Below, piece after piece: positions 1 to 8,814 of a stretch of DNA of 61,394 nucleotides; position 1 is the first letter of the stretch; the number at the start of each line of letters is the position of its first letter. The position numbers were made by a program, and so were the translations under genes. The notes beneath the pieces were generated by a model. That model saw only the letters and a program-made list of their open reading frames with translations, was not told the origin of the DNA and did not search any database. The stretch comes from Candidatus Levyibacteriota bacterium (GTDB lineage: Bacteria; Patescibacteriota; Microgenomatia; Levybacterales; UBA12049): the NCBI GenBank assembly GCA_016217835.1, contig JACRFQ010000008.1, positions 1 through 61,394 on the forward strand, given 5' to 3'.

Positions 1-494
1 CCCTGCCATTGTCCGCGGTATTTAGAACCCGCTCCTTTTATTTCATGGAATAAAACATGTACAAATCTTGCTCCCATTTCTACTTCAACAGTGATGGGAC
101 CTTCATTTTTAAGTCCAAAAGTAAGCTCACCGCAGTACCCCGGCTGAATCGGACCGGTTCTTATAAAAAGACCCGATCTAAATGTTGTAGTCCTTGGTAT
201 TATTACTGCCGATAAGTTGATTGGCAAATTTATTTTTTCAATTGTTTTAACCAGGAAAAAATCACCCGGTTTTATTTTTATACTTTTTTGTTTGCCAAAT
301 TTTGCAACCGATTTTATATCAGGAGTTTGTCTATGGGTTTCTCCTAAAAATGCAGAACCCGAAATTTTATAAACCTCATCAAGACGCAAATCAAAACCGG
401 CGCCTTCTGGGTTTGTTAATTCACGTTCCGATAACCCCTCGACAAGTTTTTTTGTTTTAACTAATTGTAATAATTTTTTTGGTGAAAGTATCAT
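1..494 (-). CDS. dCTP deaminase/dUTPase-family protein (C-terminus cut by window edge)
   Basis: Not in the ORF track. Manual translation from ATG (492-494, minus) is stop-free: MILSPKKLLQLVKTKK...EGAGFDLRLDEVYKI...IQPGYCGELTFGLKNEG...SKYRGQWQ. Motifs parallel the dcd gene at 2298-2867. Confidence 0.65.
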   Translation of the reverse strand, partial: MILSPKKLLQLVKTKKLVEGLSERELTNPEGAGFDLRLDEVYKISGSAFLGETHRQTPDIKSVAKFGKQKSIKIKPGDFFLVKTIEKINLPINLSAVIIPRTTTFRSGLFIRTGPIQPGYCGELTFGLKNEGPITVEVEMGARFVHVLFHEIKGAGSKYRGQWQ

Positions 495-614
495 AATAAA
501 TTAGAATCCTTGATGTTAGATATTTTAGAAATTTTTGACCTTGATTATCTTGAAATCTTGATTTCTAGAATTCAAGAACTCAAGAACTCAAATTCCAACA
601 TCCCACTTCCAACT

Positions 615-1289
615 TCAAATTTTCTCTATTAATCTTACTATTTCATCTGTTAATTCGTCCAGTGGCTTTTCCCCATTAATAACTTTTATTTCTTTTGGAA
701 AAGTTTTTAAAAGCCAATCATAACCTTTTTTTATTTTAATATTCATTTTATTATTATCATAAATTTCTGTATGTTTTGCTGATTTTGAAATTCTTTTTAA
801 AGATTCTTTCAACGAAACATCTAAATATATTGTTAAATCAGGCAGAATAAATTGGTAATACATAGAAAGTAAGCTTAAGGCTACCACAGAGAGCTTTTCC
901 CAATTTTTATAATCTGTATTCTCCCTATCTACTATTCCGTAAGCTACTGAAGTCCAAAGATATCTATCACAAATTATTGTTTCTCCCCTTTTTAATCTTT
1001 TGATTAAATCGTATTGCTGAATAACCCTATCGGCTGCAAAAAGATATTGAAAAGAAACCGGAGGGATGTGCTTTTTATTTCCCGCTAAAATTTCTTTTCT
1101 AATAAAAGAGCCAATTTCTCCGTCTGTTGGATTTTTTGTCAAAAAAACTTTTCCATTTTTTGAAAGTATTTTTGCGACTCTTTTAGCCTGAGAGGTTTTA
1201 CCCGAAGCCTCAATTCCTTCAAATACGATTAATTTTCCTTTGTAGGGATTTCTTTTAAAATCTAATTCAAAATTAACTTTATACTTCAT
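615..1289 (-). CDS. tmk: thymidylate (dTMP) kinase
   Basis: P-loop FEGIEASGKTS, DRY motif (ICDRYLWTS), typical ~220 aa length. Confidence 0.9.
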   Translation of the reverse strand: MKYKVNFELDFKRNPYKGKLIVFEGIEASGKTSQAKRVAKILSKNGKVFLTKNPTDGEIGSFIRKEILAGNKKHIPPVSFQYLFAADRVIQQYDLIKRLKRGETIICDRYLWTSVAYGIVDRENTDYKNWEKLSVVALSLLSMYYQFILPDLTIYLDVSLKESLKRISKSAKHTEIYDNNKMNIKIKKGYDWLLKTFPKEIKVINGEKPLDELTDEIVRLIEKI

Positions 1290-1369
1290 TTAACTCTTAG
1301 CAATATAACATATTACAAGTTTTTTGAAAATTACTAAAACCACCCCCTTTGTGATAGAATCCGTATCCT

Positions 1370-2293
1370 ATGGGAATTGAGCAAAGAAAAGATATTGAGC
1401 TCTCTAGCGAAATAACTGGCTTTAAAGGAAGAGCGGTATTGCTTGGGGAACACATGATGGGTCCACTGTTGCGCTACGGACTTGAGAATATAATGGTGGG
1501 AGCCGATGTTAATTACGAAGAAGGATTCGCAAATGGATATATAAATGGTATCAGAGAAGGATATCTTCCTATTTTGGTTGGCAGCCATCAGTCACACGTT
1601 GACGGCGTATCAATCTCTCTTCCGGCAAGAACCCTTACCGATGTTGCAAACAAACATTTACCCGATGATCAAAAACTAAAAGGCTTTAAGTTAGTACTTG
1701 CAAGTAGCCTATCATCCGGACACCAGGGGGCAATGATGAAAGGTTTTTTTGAAGAAGTGTCTCCAATTATGGAAAGACGAAGACTTACTCCGCTTCTTCA
1801 CACAAGACCTCAAGATAACCAAAGATATCACATGAGAACAGACCGTTTTAGCCAATATAAAGATTTAATAGATGCGATTAAAAATGGCTATGCGATTGCG
1901 GTATTTCCCGAAGGAACAACAACAGCCGGAAAGAAAAACAAAGACGGAAAACCAAACGGAATGCAGGATTTTATGCCCGGATCAGTTAGAATGCTTATTT
2001 CCGCCGCAAAAGATGCAGGTAAAAAAACTATGATTATTCCTGTTAGCATTACAGGCGGACCGAGTGTTCATAATCCCGATACAAAACTGCCAACTTTTAA
2101 GGCGTTAAAAGCGGGATTTATTTCTGCAAATCCTAACCTTTTACATTTATATCTTTCCAATCCGATGAAGTCGGATGAAGGAGAATTAGAAAGACTTTAT
2201 CACGCCAGAGATTGGGATGGATTAAATACTGTTGTAGTTGATGAAATCGAAAAACATTTACCTGAAAGAGAAAGAAGACGCCGTGCGGTATAA
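1370..2293 (+). CDS. PlsC-type acyltransferase-family (LPLAT) protein
   Basis: HX4D block (GSHQSHVDG) and FPEGTT block. GC-richer than neighbours. Same block order as ORF 40857-41618. Confidence 0.6.
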   Translation: MGIEQRKDIELSSEITGFKGRAVLLGEHMMGPLLRYGLENIMVGADVNYEEGFANGYINGIREGYLPILVGSHQSHVDGVSISLPARTLTDVANKHLPDDQKLKGFKLVLASSLSSGHQGAMMKGFFEEVSPIMERRRLTPLLHTRPQDNQRYHMRTDRFSQYKDLIDAIKNGYAIAVFPEGTTTAGKKNKDGKPNGMQDFMPGSVRMLISAAKDAGKKTMIIPVSITGGPSVHNPDTKLPTFKALKAGFISANPNLLHLYLSNPMKSDEGELERLYHARDWDGLNTVVVDEIEKHLPERERRRRAV

Positions 2294-2297
2294 GCTT

Positions 2298-2867
2298 TTA
2301 TTTTTCTTTGGAAATTTTTGATTCCCCAGGGCCTTTTTGTCCGACATACTTAGCACTTTTTTTCTTGTAATAAGGTATGTCTGCAGGCGTTGTCAGTTGT
2401 TCAAAAGAGATAGAACAAATTCTCATACCAGAATACAGCGCTACGGGCATTTTTCCCATATTTGCTAATTCCAAAGTAATATGTCCCCTAAATCCGCACT
2501 CTATATTTGCGGCTGTTGAATGAATTACAACACCCAATCTTCCAATACTTGAACGCCCCTCAAGCCTTCCGGTTAAATCATCCGGTACTTCGATGTACTC
2601 AACCGTTGTTGCCAGAACAAAATCCCCGGGCTGTATTATAAAAGGTTCTTTATCGTTGATGCGGATTTCTCTTGTTACCTCATTTGAAATGCTTTTTTTA
2701 AATGGATCTATGTAGGCATGGCGGCTGTGTTCAAAAACACGGAAAGTATTGCCTAAACGAAGATCAATTGAGCAACTTCCGAGTTGAACTTTTAAATCAG
2801 GTGCGGGATTTATTTTTATCCTATCTGATTTTAGCGCAATTTTTAAATCTTTATCTGAAAGTACCAT
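2298..2867 (-). CDS. dcd: dCTP deaminase
   Basis: 189 aa; SIDLRLG, QPGDFVLATT, GRSSIGRLG and HITLELAN blocks typical of Dcd. Confidence 0.85.
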   Translation of the reverse strand: MVLSDKDLKIALKSDRIKINPAPDLKVQLGSCSIDLRLGNTFRVFEHSRHAYIDPFKKSISNEVTREIRINDKEPFIIQPGDFVLATTVEYIEVPDDLTGRLEGRSSIGRLGVVIHSTAANIECGFRGHITLELANMGKMPVALYSGMRICSISFEQLTTPADIPYYKKKSAKYVGQKGPGESKISKEK

Positions 2868-2915
2868 AATCTTTGGGTTAGTTTAACATCTAAAAAAATG
2901 TTTTTAAAGAGGTAT

Positions 2916-3689
2916 TTATTGATTTGGTTGTTGGGGTCTTAGTTTTGGAAGCTGGTTCATTGAAAAACTTCCATCTTGTCCTATCGTAACTCTATATTTA
3001 TCTTTATCTCCGGCCAAAATACCTGCTGTAGCGTTAAGCTGAATCAAAAAATTTCTTTTAACATCTTCCGCATTAACAGGAGTTAATAATCCCTGGGAAA
3101 AATGAGCAACAGCTTTGTCTATAAATCTGTTTGCCCTGTCGATGTCTACAACGAAATACATATTTCCTTTTGCGTCTCTGGAATTAACGGTATATGGAAC
3201 AGGTCCTTCTTCTGATTCTCCATGGACAAAAATAACACCTTTTTCGGCATGAGAGCCTTCTAAAACGGTTTTGTGAGCCTGCGGATGAGCAGTAAATACT
3301 TCATACAGTTGTCTAACCTCTTGGTACGTTAAACTTCCATAAAGTCCGTCAAATTCCGGACTGGAAGCCTTCACAACATGCCCACAGCCAATTGGATGAG
3401 AAGAATCATCATCATGGTAATAAAGCTTGGCATCTTGCCCTCTTTTATTACGAACGCTTCTTAGATATCTCTCGACAATTTCTTCCGGAACCAAATGCGT
3501 TCCTTCATCTTTTAAAGCGCCTGCAAAAGCCATAACCATCCCAAGGTCGCCTCCCGGCGACCTTAATGCTCCTTCCGCTTGTTCAGGAGTATATCTGCCA
3601 TCGATACACTCTATGCGACTATTGTTTGCCCTAGTTAAATTTTCTTTCACAAATTTTTCAACTTCCTCTTTTATAATTTTGTCAGACAT
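2916..3689 (-). CDS. hypothetical protein, possible Cys/His metal site
   Basis: 257-aa ORF with coding-like composition. CIDGR ... HPIGCGH only loosely recalls the beta-carbonic-anhydrase CxDxR/HxxC pattern. Confidence 0.5.
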   Translation of the reverse strand: MSDKIIKEEVEKFVKENLTRANNSRIECIDGRYTPEQAEGALRSPGGDLGMVMAFAGALKDEGTHLVPEEIVERYLRSVRNKRGQDAKLYYHDDDSSHPIGCGHVVKASSPEFDGLYGSLTYQEVRQLYEVFTAHPQAHKTVLEGSHAEKGVIFVHGESEEGPVPYTVNSRDAKGNMYFVVDIDRANRFIDKAVAHFSQGLLTPVNAEDVKRNFLIQLNATAGILAGDKDKYRVTIGQDGSFSMNQLPKLRPQQPNQ

Positions 3690-3745
3690 GTTTTTCCCAC
3701 AAGCAAAGATTATATAATAAATCTAAAAACGGGGCAATTATTTTG

Positions 3746-3817
3746 TGGGTGACGATGGAGTCGAACCATCCACCTCTTCTTTATCAGAGAAGCGTTCTAC
3801 CGATGAACTAGCCACCC
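3746..3817 (-). tRNA. tRNA-Ile (anticodon GAU)
   Basis: Cloverleaf read by hand: acceptor GGGTGGC/GTCACCC, D arm GTTC/GAAC, anticodon stem CTTCT/AGAAG with loop CTGATAA, T arm GATGG-TTCGACT-CCATC. No encoded CCA. Confidence 0.9.
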
Positions 3818-3823
3818 AAAACT

Positions 3824-4024
3824 TTATTTACCTTTCCTTTCTTTATCTCCTTGTCTTTTTGCGTACTGAATAATTAAATATTCTATTCCACCATTTATGA
3901 AAGATAATGCACCTAAATGTCCTAATCCGGGAACTAATATTAATCCTGCCCCGATAATCATTTGTGCCTTTGTAAGATTTATTAAAAACTTTCCCTCAGG
4001 CGCTATTTGTTCTTTTCCTGCCAT
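3824..4024 (-). CDS. small hypothetical membrane protein
   Basis: 66-aa ORF between two tRNAs with one hydrophobic stretch (IIGAGLILVPGLGHLGALSFI). Confidence 0.35.
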   Translation of the reverse strand: MAGKEQIAPEGKFLINLTKAQMIIGAGLILVPGLGHLGALSFINGGIEYLIIQYAKRQGDKERKGK

Positions 4025-4031
4025 ATTTTTG

Positions 4032-4103
4032 AGGCGCGAAGGGGAATCGAACCCCTGTATATCTGTTCTGCAAACAGCTGCGTTACCTCTTCGCCACCGC
4101 GCC
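4032..4103 (-). tRNA. tRNA-Cys (anticodon GCA)
   Basis: Acceptor GGCGCGG/TCGCGCC, anticodon loop TTGCAGA, T arm AGGGG-TTCGATT-CCCCT, discriminator U. Confidence 0.85.
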
Positions 4104-4168
4104 GCAAGGCTAGTATATCAAAAGTTTGAATTTATTTAAAGCTTTTTTATAAAAGCTTTGGGGCTTAA

Positions 4169-4912
4169 TTATTTTTTCTCAACTTTTTCATCGCCACCCA
4201 TTTGGTAATCATAGAATTTCTTTACTACCGGTCCTTTAAAAACATAATAAAGAGTTGCATAGATATTAAAGTAAAAATATCCAAAAACTCCGTCTTTTGC
4301 AACTCTTCTTAGAGAAAAATACATCTTAATTTTATTTGAATATTTAATTTTTAATTTGTGCCTCTTTGCTACTTGAAAAAAATATTGATCTTCAAAGACA
4401 AATACCGACTCATTATATCCACCCATTTTTAAAAAGGATTCTTTTTTAATCAAATTACCGGATGCGACCCCAAACGGTTTTCCAAATAGACTTGACACTA
4501 TACAGATATAATTTTGAATTTTAAAATACATTTGCCATAAAATATTTGAAGTAATTGGGTATGAAAAAGGTATGATTAAATCCGCATCTTCTTTTTCTGC
4601 TTCTAAAAAACAGGCTTCCACAAAATTTTTTTTAACTAAATAATCCGCATCCATAAACACAACATAATCCCCTTTAGCTACTCTTCCTCCTGCGTTTCTT
4701 TGATGAGCTACATTTTTTCTTTCAACCTCTATAATTTCTAAATCTAATCTGTCTTTAAATTTATTTGCATTTTCAACAGTTTTATCATCGGATTTTCCAT
4801 CGGCAACAATAATTTCAAAATTTTTTTTTGTCTGGTTTAAAAAAGATTCTAAAAGAAGAGGTAAATATTTTTCCTCATTTAAAGTAGGTACTACTATGGA
4901 TAGCAACTTCAT
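4169..4912 (-). CDS. family 2 glycosyltransferase
   Basis: N-terminal LSIVVPTLNEEKYL and DADY (DxD) motifs of the GT-A/GT2 fold. Confidence 0.8.
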   Translation of the reverse strand: MKLLSIVVPTLNEEKYLPLLLESFLNQTKKNFEIIVADGKSDDKTVENANKFKDRLDLEIIEVERKNVAHQRNAGGRVAKGDYVVFMDADYLVKKNFVEACFLEAEKEDADLIIPFSYPITSNILWQMYFKIQNYICIVSSLFGKPFGVASGNLIKKESFLKMGGYNESVFVFEDQYFFQVAKRHKLKIKYSNKIKMYFSLRRVAKDGVFGYFYFNIYATLYYVFKGPVVKKFYDYQMGGDEKVEKK

Positions 4913-4976
4913 TATATTTATCTTATCAACTCCGTAACCTGTTTACAAACTGCTATAATCCTATATAATACATAAA

Positions 4977-5729
4977 ATGAAAATTTCAGTCGTCATTCCT
5001 GCACATAATGAAGAAAAAAGAATCGGTAAATGTTTAGAAAGCCTTATGAATCAGAAAGAAAAACCCGATGAGATTATTGTGGTTAATAATAATTCTACAG
5101 ATAAAACAGCAAAAATTGCCAAAAGTTATGGCGCAATAGTAATCAACGAGAAAAAACAAGGCATTAGCTTTGTTAGAAATGCAGGATTTAATCTGGCAAA
5201 GGGTGATGTCATAGTAAGGATTGACGCAGACACCACTGCTCCCACGGATTGGATCAAAAGAATAAAAAAAGATTTGAAAAGTGATAAAATTGGCGCAGTT
5301 TTTGGTCCTGCTTCATACTCAGACCTACCACTTCTTAATAAAACATCTACGCTTATTACAACCTATTTTTTTAACGTTTTTAAAATTTACCTTAAAAAAC
5401 ATTTACTTTTTGGCTTAAATATGGCTATTAAAAAAACCTTATGGGAAAAAGCAAAAAATGATTTATGTATGGACGACACAAAAGTCCACGATGATTTTGA
5501 TTTAGCAATTCATTTATGGAAATATGGAGAAATTAAATTCGATAAAGACTTGCGGGTTAAAACTTCTCCCAGAAAATGGAAAAGCATTTATTCGGACGTT
5601 GAATATACTCAAAGACTTATAAAAATGCTAAAATCCCACAATCTTATTCTTCCAAAAATACTTGTAAAAAATAAGTATTTAAAAACAAAAACAATGCGTA
5701 GGATCTCAAAAACCTTCAATATAAAATAA
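4977..5729 (+). CDS. family 2 glycosyltransferase
   Basis: ISVVIPAHNEEKRI, VVNNNSTDKT and RIDADT motifs. Confidence 0.8.
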   Translation: MKISVVIPAHNEEKRIGKCLESLMNQKEKPDEIIVVNNNSTDKTAKIAKSYGAIVINEKKQGISFVRNAGFNLAKGDVIVRIDADTTAPTDWIKRIKKDLKSDKIGAVFGPASYSDLPLLNKTSTLITTYFFNVFKIYLKKHLLFGLNMAIKKTLWEKAKNDLCMDDTKVHDDFDLAIHLWKYGEIKFDKDLRVKTSPRKWKSIYSDVEYTQRLIKMLKSHNLILPKILVKNKYLKTKTMRRISKTFNIK

Positions 5730-5753
5730 CTTCATTTCGTTAGACACCAAAAA

Positions 5754-5775
5754 ACCACCGCAAAGGTGGTTTTTT
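5754..5775. terminator. bidirectional intrinsic terminator hairpin
   Basis: ACCACC-GCAA-GGTGGT stem-loop flanked by an A-run and a T-run. It lies after the GT2 stop and beyond the 16S trailer. Confidence 0.7.
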
Positions 5776-6186
5776 AGATAAAAGTGAGGTCTTTCGACCA
5801 AAAAGTGGTAGGAAAAGCGAATAGTAGAGATTTACAAGAGCTATTCTCTCTTGGTGTTACGAGTTCATTGGTAGTTTAACTATTAGCTAAAAGCCAATAG
5901 CTATTTGCCAATTTTGCCGTTCATCTCTCTTTCTTACTCTCTAAATTGGGACGCGCCCAATTTAATTTTAGAAAGGAGGTGATCCATCCCCACCTTCGGG
6001 TAGGGATACCTTGTTACGACTTAAGCTTCATCGCCAATCTCTATCTCCCCCGCACTTTTTTCAACGAAATACTTCAAGCTTCTACATTAGTAAGCCTAAG
6101 GCGCCTTACGGCTTGCATTTTGGAAATTCCAAAAGCCTTCCTTAAAAAAAGTGCGGGGTTCGATAGCTACCGACTTTGCTGCCTTG

Positions 6187-6554
6187 CATATCAATCTATT
6201 GTTGCCAATAGTATGGACTATATCATCTTCCCAATACGGGAAGGTCAGCATATAAAGAACGCTTATATTTTGAATTGCTTCAAGTACGTTTCTTTAGGAG
6301 CAACTATTGCCCACAAGTCTCTACGGGGTCAAATTAAGAAGACGATAGATGATGGAAAATAGAAAATAGATTCTTGAAAATAGAAAATGGAATTTTTTCT
6401 ACTATCCACTTTCTGCCTTCAAATTACTACCTTCTACCCTCTATCATCTACCGTCCAAAACTGACTTCCCTCGGTATTGTCCTAAACTTTAGGAGTTCAC
6501 CGATATTAGCTGACTTTTTCCTAAAAACTCTCATTCTTAGGCCGCCTAAATAAG
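6187..6554 (-). ncRNA. group I-like intron between U1406 and C1407 (decoding centre)
   Basis: 368-nt insert between GCCCGU and CAAGGC. Contains GUAGAGACUUGUGGGC (R-like), hairpin CUUCCC/GGGAAG, AUGAUAUAGUCC (S), hairpin CUAUUG-GCAA-CAAUAG and a terminal G. P1 is only 4 bp. Confidence 0.6.
6341..6455. repeat. MITE-like palindromic element, copy A (inside the 1406 intron)
   Basis: Termini GACGATAGATGATGG ... CTATCATCTACCGTC; purine-rich arm tagaaaatagaa and complementary arm. Same family as 14495-14620 and 45131-45256. Confidence 0.75.
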
Positions 6555-6864
6555 ACGGGCGGTGTGTACAAGACCCGAGAACGTATTCACCGCAGCATGC
6601 TGATCTGCGATTACTACCGATTCCGACTTCATGGGGTCAGGTTGCAGACCCCAATCTGAACTGAGGCGAAATTTAAGGGATTCGCTTGCACTTGCGTACT
6701 TGCAGCCCGTTGTTTTTCGCCATTGTAGTGTGTGTGTAGCCCAGGACATAAGGGCCGTGCTGACTTGACGTCTTCCGCTCCTTCCTTCCCTGGAAAATCC
6801 AGGGACCGTCTCTAATGAATATTCAACATTAGACGCGGGTTGCGCTCGTTTCCCCACTTAAGGG

Positions 6865-6908
<44 letters not shown>

Positions 6909-7016
6909 GTACCATCCTTGCGGATTTCTTCCAGTTTCTTGGAAAATGTACGGTATCATGTCAAGTCCTGGTGAGGTTTTTCGTTTTGTCTCGAATTGAA
7001 CCACACGCTCCACCGG

Positions 7017-7076
<60 letters not shown>

Positions 7077-7436
7077 TCTGCTTAACGCGTTAGCTTACGC
7101 CTCATCCGACAAGTCGGAAAAAGCTAGCAGACATCGTTTACGGCTAGGACTACACAGGTATCTAATCTGTTTCGCTCCCCTAGCTTTCGTGCCTCAGCGT
7201 CAGGAAAATCCCAGGTACCTGCCTTCGCCTTTGGTGTTCCAGTTAATATCAACGCATTTCACTGCTACATTAACTGTTCCGGTACCCCTGACAATCCTCA
7301 ACATTAAAAGTATCGTATCCAGTTCCAAGGGTAAGCCTTGGTATTTAAGATACGACTTTTTAATGAGCCTACGCACACTTTACGCCCAATGAATCCGGAT
7401 AACGCTTGCACCCTACGTATTACCGAGACTTCTGGC

Positions 7437-7699
7437 CCGGCCCGTTAAATAAAAAACTTAACTTACCGAACATGGACTATATCTTCACTCTTCTTACAGA
7501 GTGTTTCACGTGTAGTCTCTGAGGAGCCTCTGATTTAAAATCAAAGTTTCCTGCTGATTGTTTTGTAACCCTTATACTAGTCTCTAAGTTTTTTTGGGTT
7601 GGCTAGATATTGTTACTTTTAAAAAGTAATCTAGCATTTACAAAAGTTCCCAGCATATAGTGAAATTTATACTACGCGCCAAACCCAATTTAATGGGCC
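7437..7699 (-). ncRNA. group I intron at E. coli position U516/G517
   Basis: 263-nt insert between ...ACUACGU and GCCAGAAG.... IGS GCGUAGU pairs with the exon end (U.G at the junction). UUUGGC pairs with the 3' exon (P10). Also UCAGAGACUACACG, AAGAUAUAGUCC and a terminal G. Confidence 0.8.
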
Positions 7700-8281
7700 A
7701 CGTAGTTAGTAGGTGCTTATTCTATAGTCCGTGAAGGGACTATCAAAAGGAGTTTACAACCCGAAGGCCTTCATCCTCCACGCGGCGTCGCTGGATCAGA
7801 CTTTCGTCCATTGTCCAATATTCCCAGTTGCTGCCATCCGTAGATGTACTGCCCGTATCTCAGTGCAGTTGTGGCTGATCGACCTCTCAGTCCAGCTACC
7901 CGTCATCGCCTTGGTAGGCTTTTACCCCACCAACAAGCTGATAGGACGCAGGCTCATCTCTTGGCGGGCAGTTAAGCCCTTTATTCTTGCGAAACCATGG
8001 AATATTACCCCCTCTTTCGAGAGGCTATGTTCCACCTAGAGGTAGATTCCTACGCGTTACTCACCCGTCTGCCACTCTCGCGCAAAGCACGAGAAAGTCC
8101 AAAGTTTGTAAAGTTTTTAAAGTTATAAAGTTATTGACTTTATGAACTTTTTACTTTATGAACATTATGAACTCTCTTGTGCTTCGCACAAGCGTTCGAC
8201 TTGCATGCTTAAGGCACGCCGCCAGCGTTCATCCTGAACCAGGATCAAATTCTCAAAAAAATTTGACTTTGTCAAATTTTT

Positions 8282-8355
8282 GCAGTCCGCCGATAAAGTG
8301 CACTTTGAGCCGCGCTACGAATAGTAGGTAAGGCGAAAAGTAAACTTAGGCGGGC
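8282..8355. repeat. R-family nested-hairpin repeat, copy R1 (16S leader)
   Basis: GCAGTCCGCCGATAA...GAGCCGCGCTACGAATAGTAGGTAAGGCGAA...TAGGCGGGC; outer stem CCGCC/GGCGG. Confidence 0.7.
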
Positions 8356-8452
8356 AAAAAATCAACGCAGTCGTTGTTAGATTATCTTTAAGGAATTAAT
8401 CTAACAAAAATTCCTACCACTTTCTGATCGAGGAGCTTTGCTCCGAGATTAG

Positions 8453-8513
8453 TCCTCCAAAGAATTGCAGCATGAGTCACGTCAAACGTGATCGAATGCT
8501 AAAATCTGGAGGA
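8453..8513. repeat. R-family repeat, degenerate copy R2 (16S leader)
   Basis: Outer stem TCCTCC/GGAGGA. ATTGCAGCATGAG...CGAATGCTAAAAT frame is shared with copy R7, with a different interior. Confidence 0.5.
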
Positions 8514-8594
8514 TTGATCGAAACTACTCCTATCCAAAAAGTTTATCCTCACTTTAGAATGTGCTATTCAGTTTTTAAAGAGCAAAATGTATGA

Positions 8595-8665
8595 TCCTCC
8601 CCCAGTCTTACCGTTCGCCTTTTCAGTACTATTCGTACACGGCTCACGGAGCGACTTTTGGAGGA
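8595..8665. repeat. R-family repeat, copy R3 (16S leader, opposite orientation)
   Basis: TCCTCC...CCGTTCGCC-TTTTCAGTACTATTCGTACAC-GGCTCACGG...GGAGGA. Confidence 0.7.
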
Positions 8666-8695
8666 TAATGCGCTATTTTTAATTTACCAAAGAGC

Positions 8696-8719
8696 ATTAA
8701 AAATCCCGCCAAAGGCGGG
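8696..8719 (-). terminator. intrinsic terminator after the methyltransferase gene
   Basis: Minus strand reads CCCGCC-TTT-GGCGGG followed by ATTTTTAAT. Confidence 0.65.
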
Positions 8720-8814
8720 TTTACTTCCCAAAACTTTGGCAAAGACGTTTACATAGCAAAATCTATTATAGTCAATTTGAGGCGATTGTCAAGGCGGAAA
8801 AGTAGCTAATTTTA

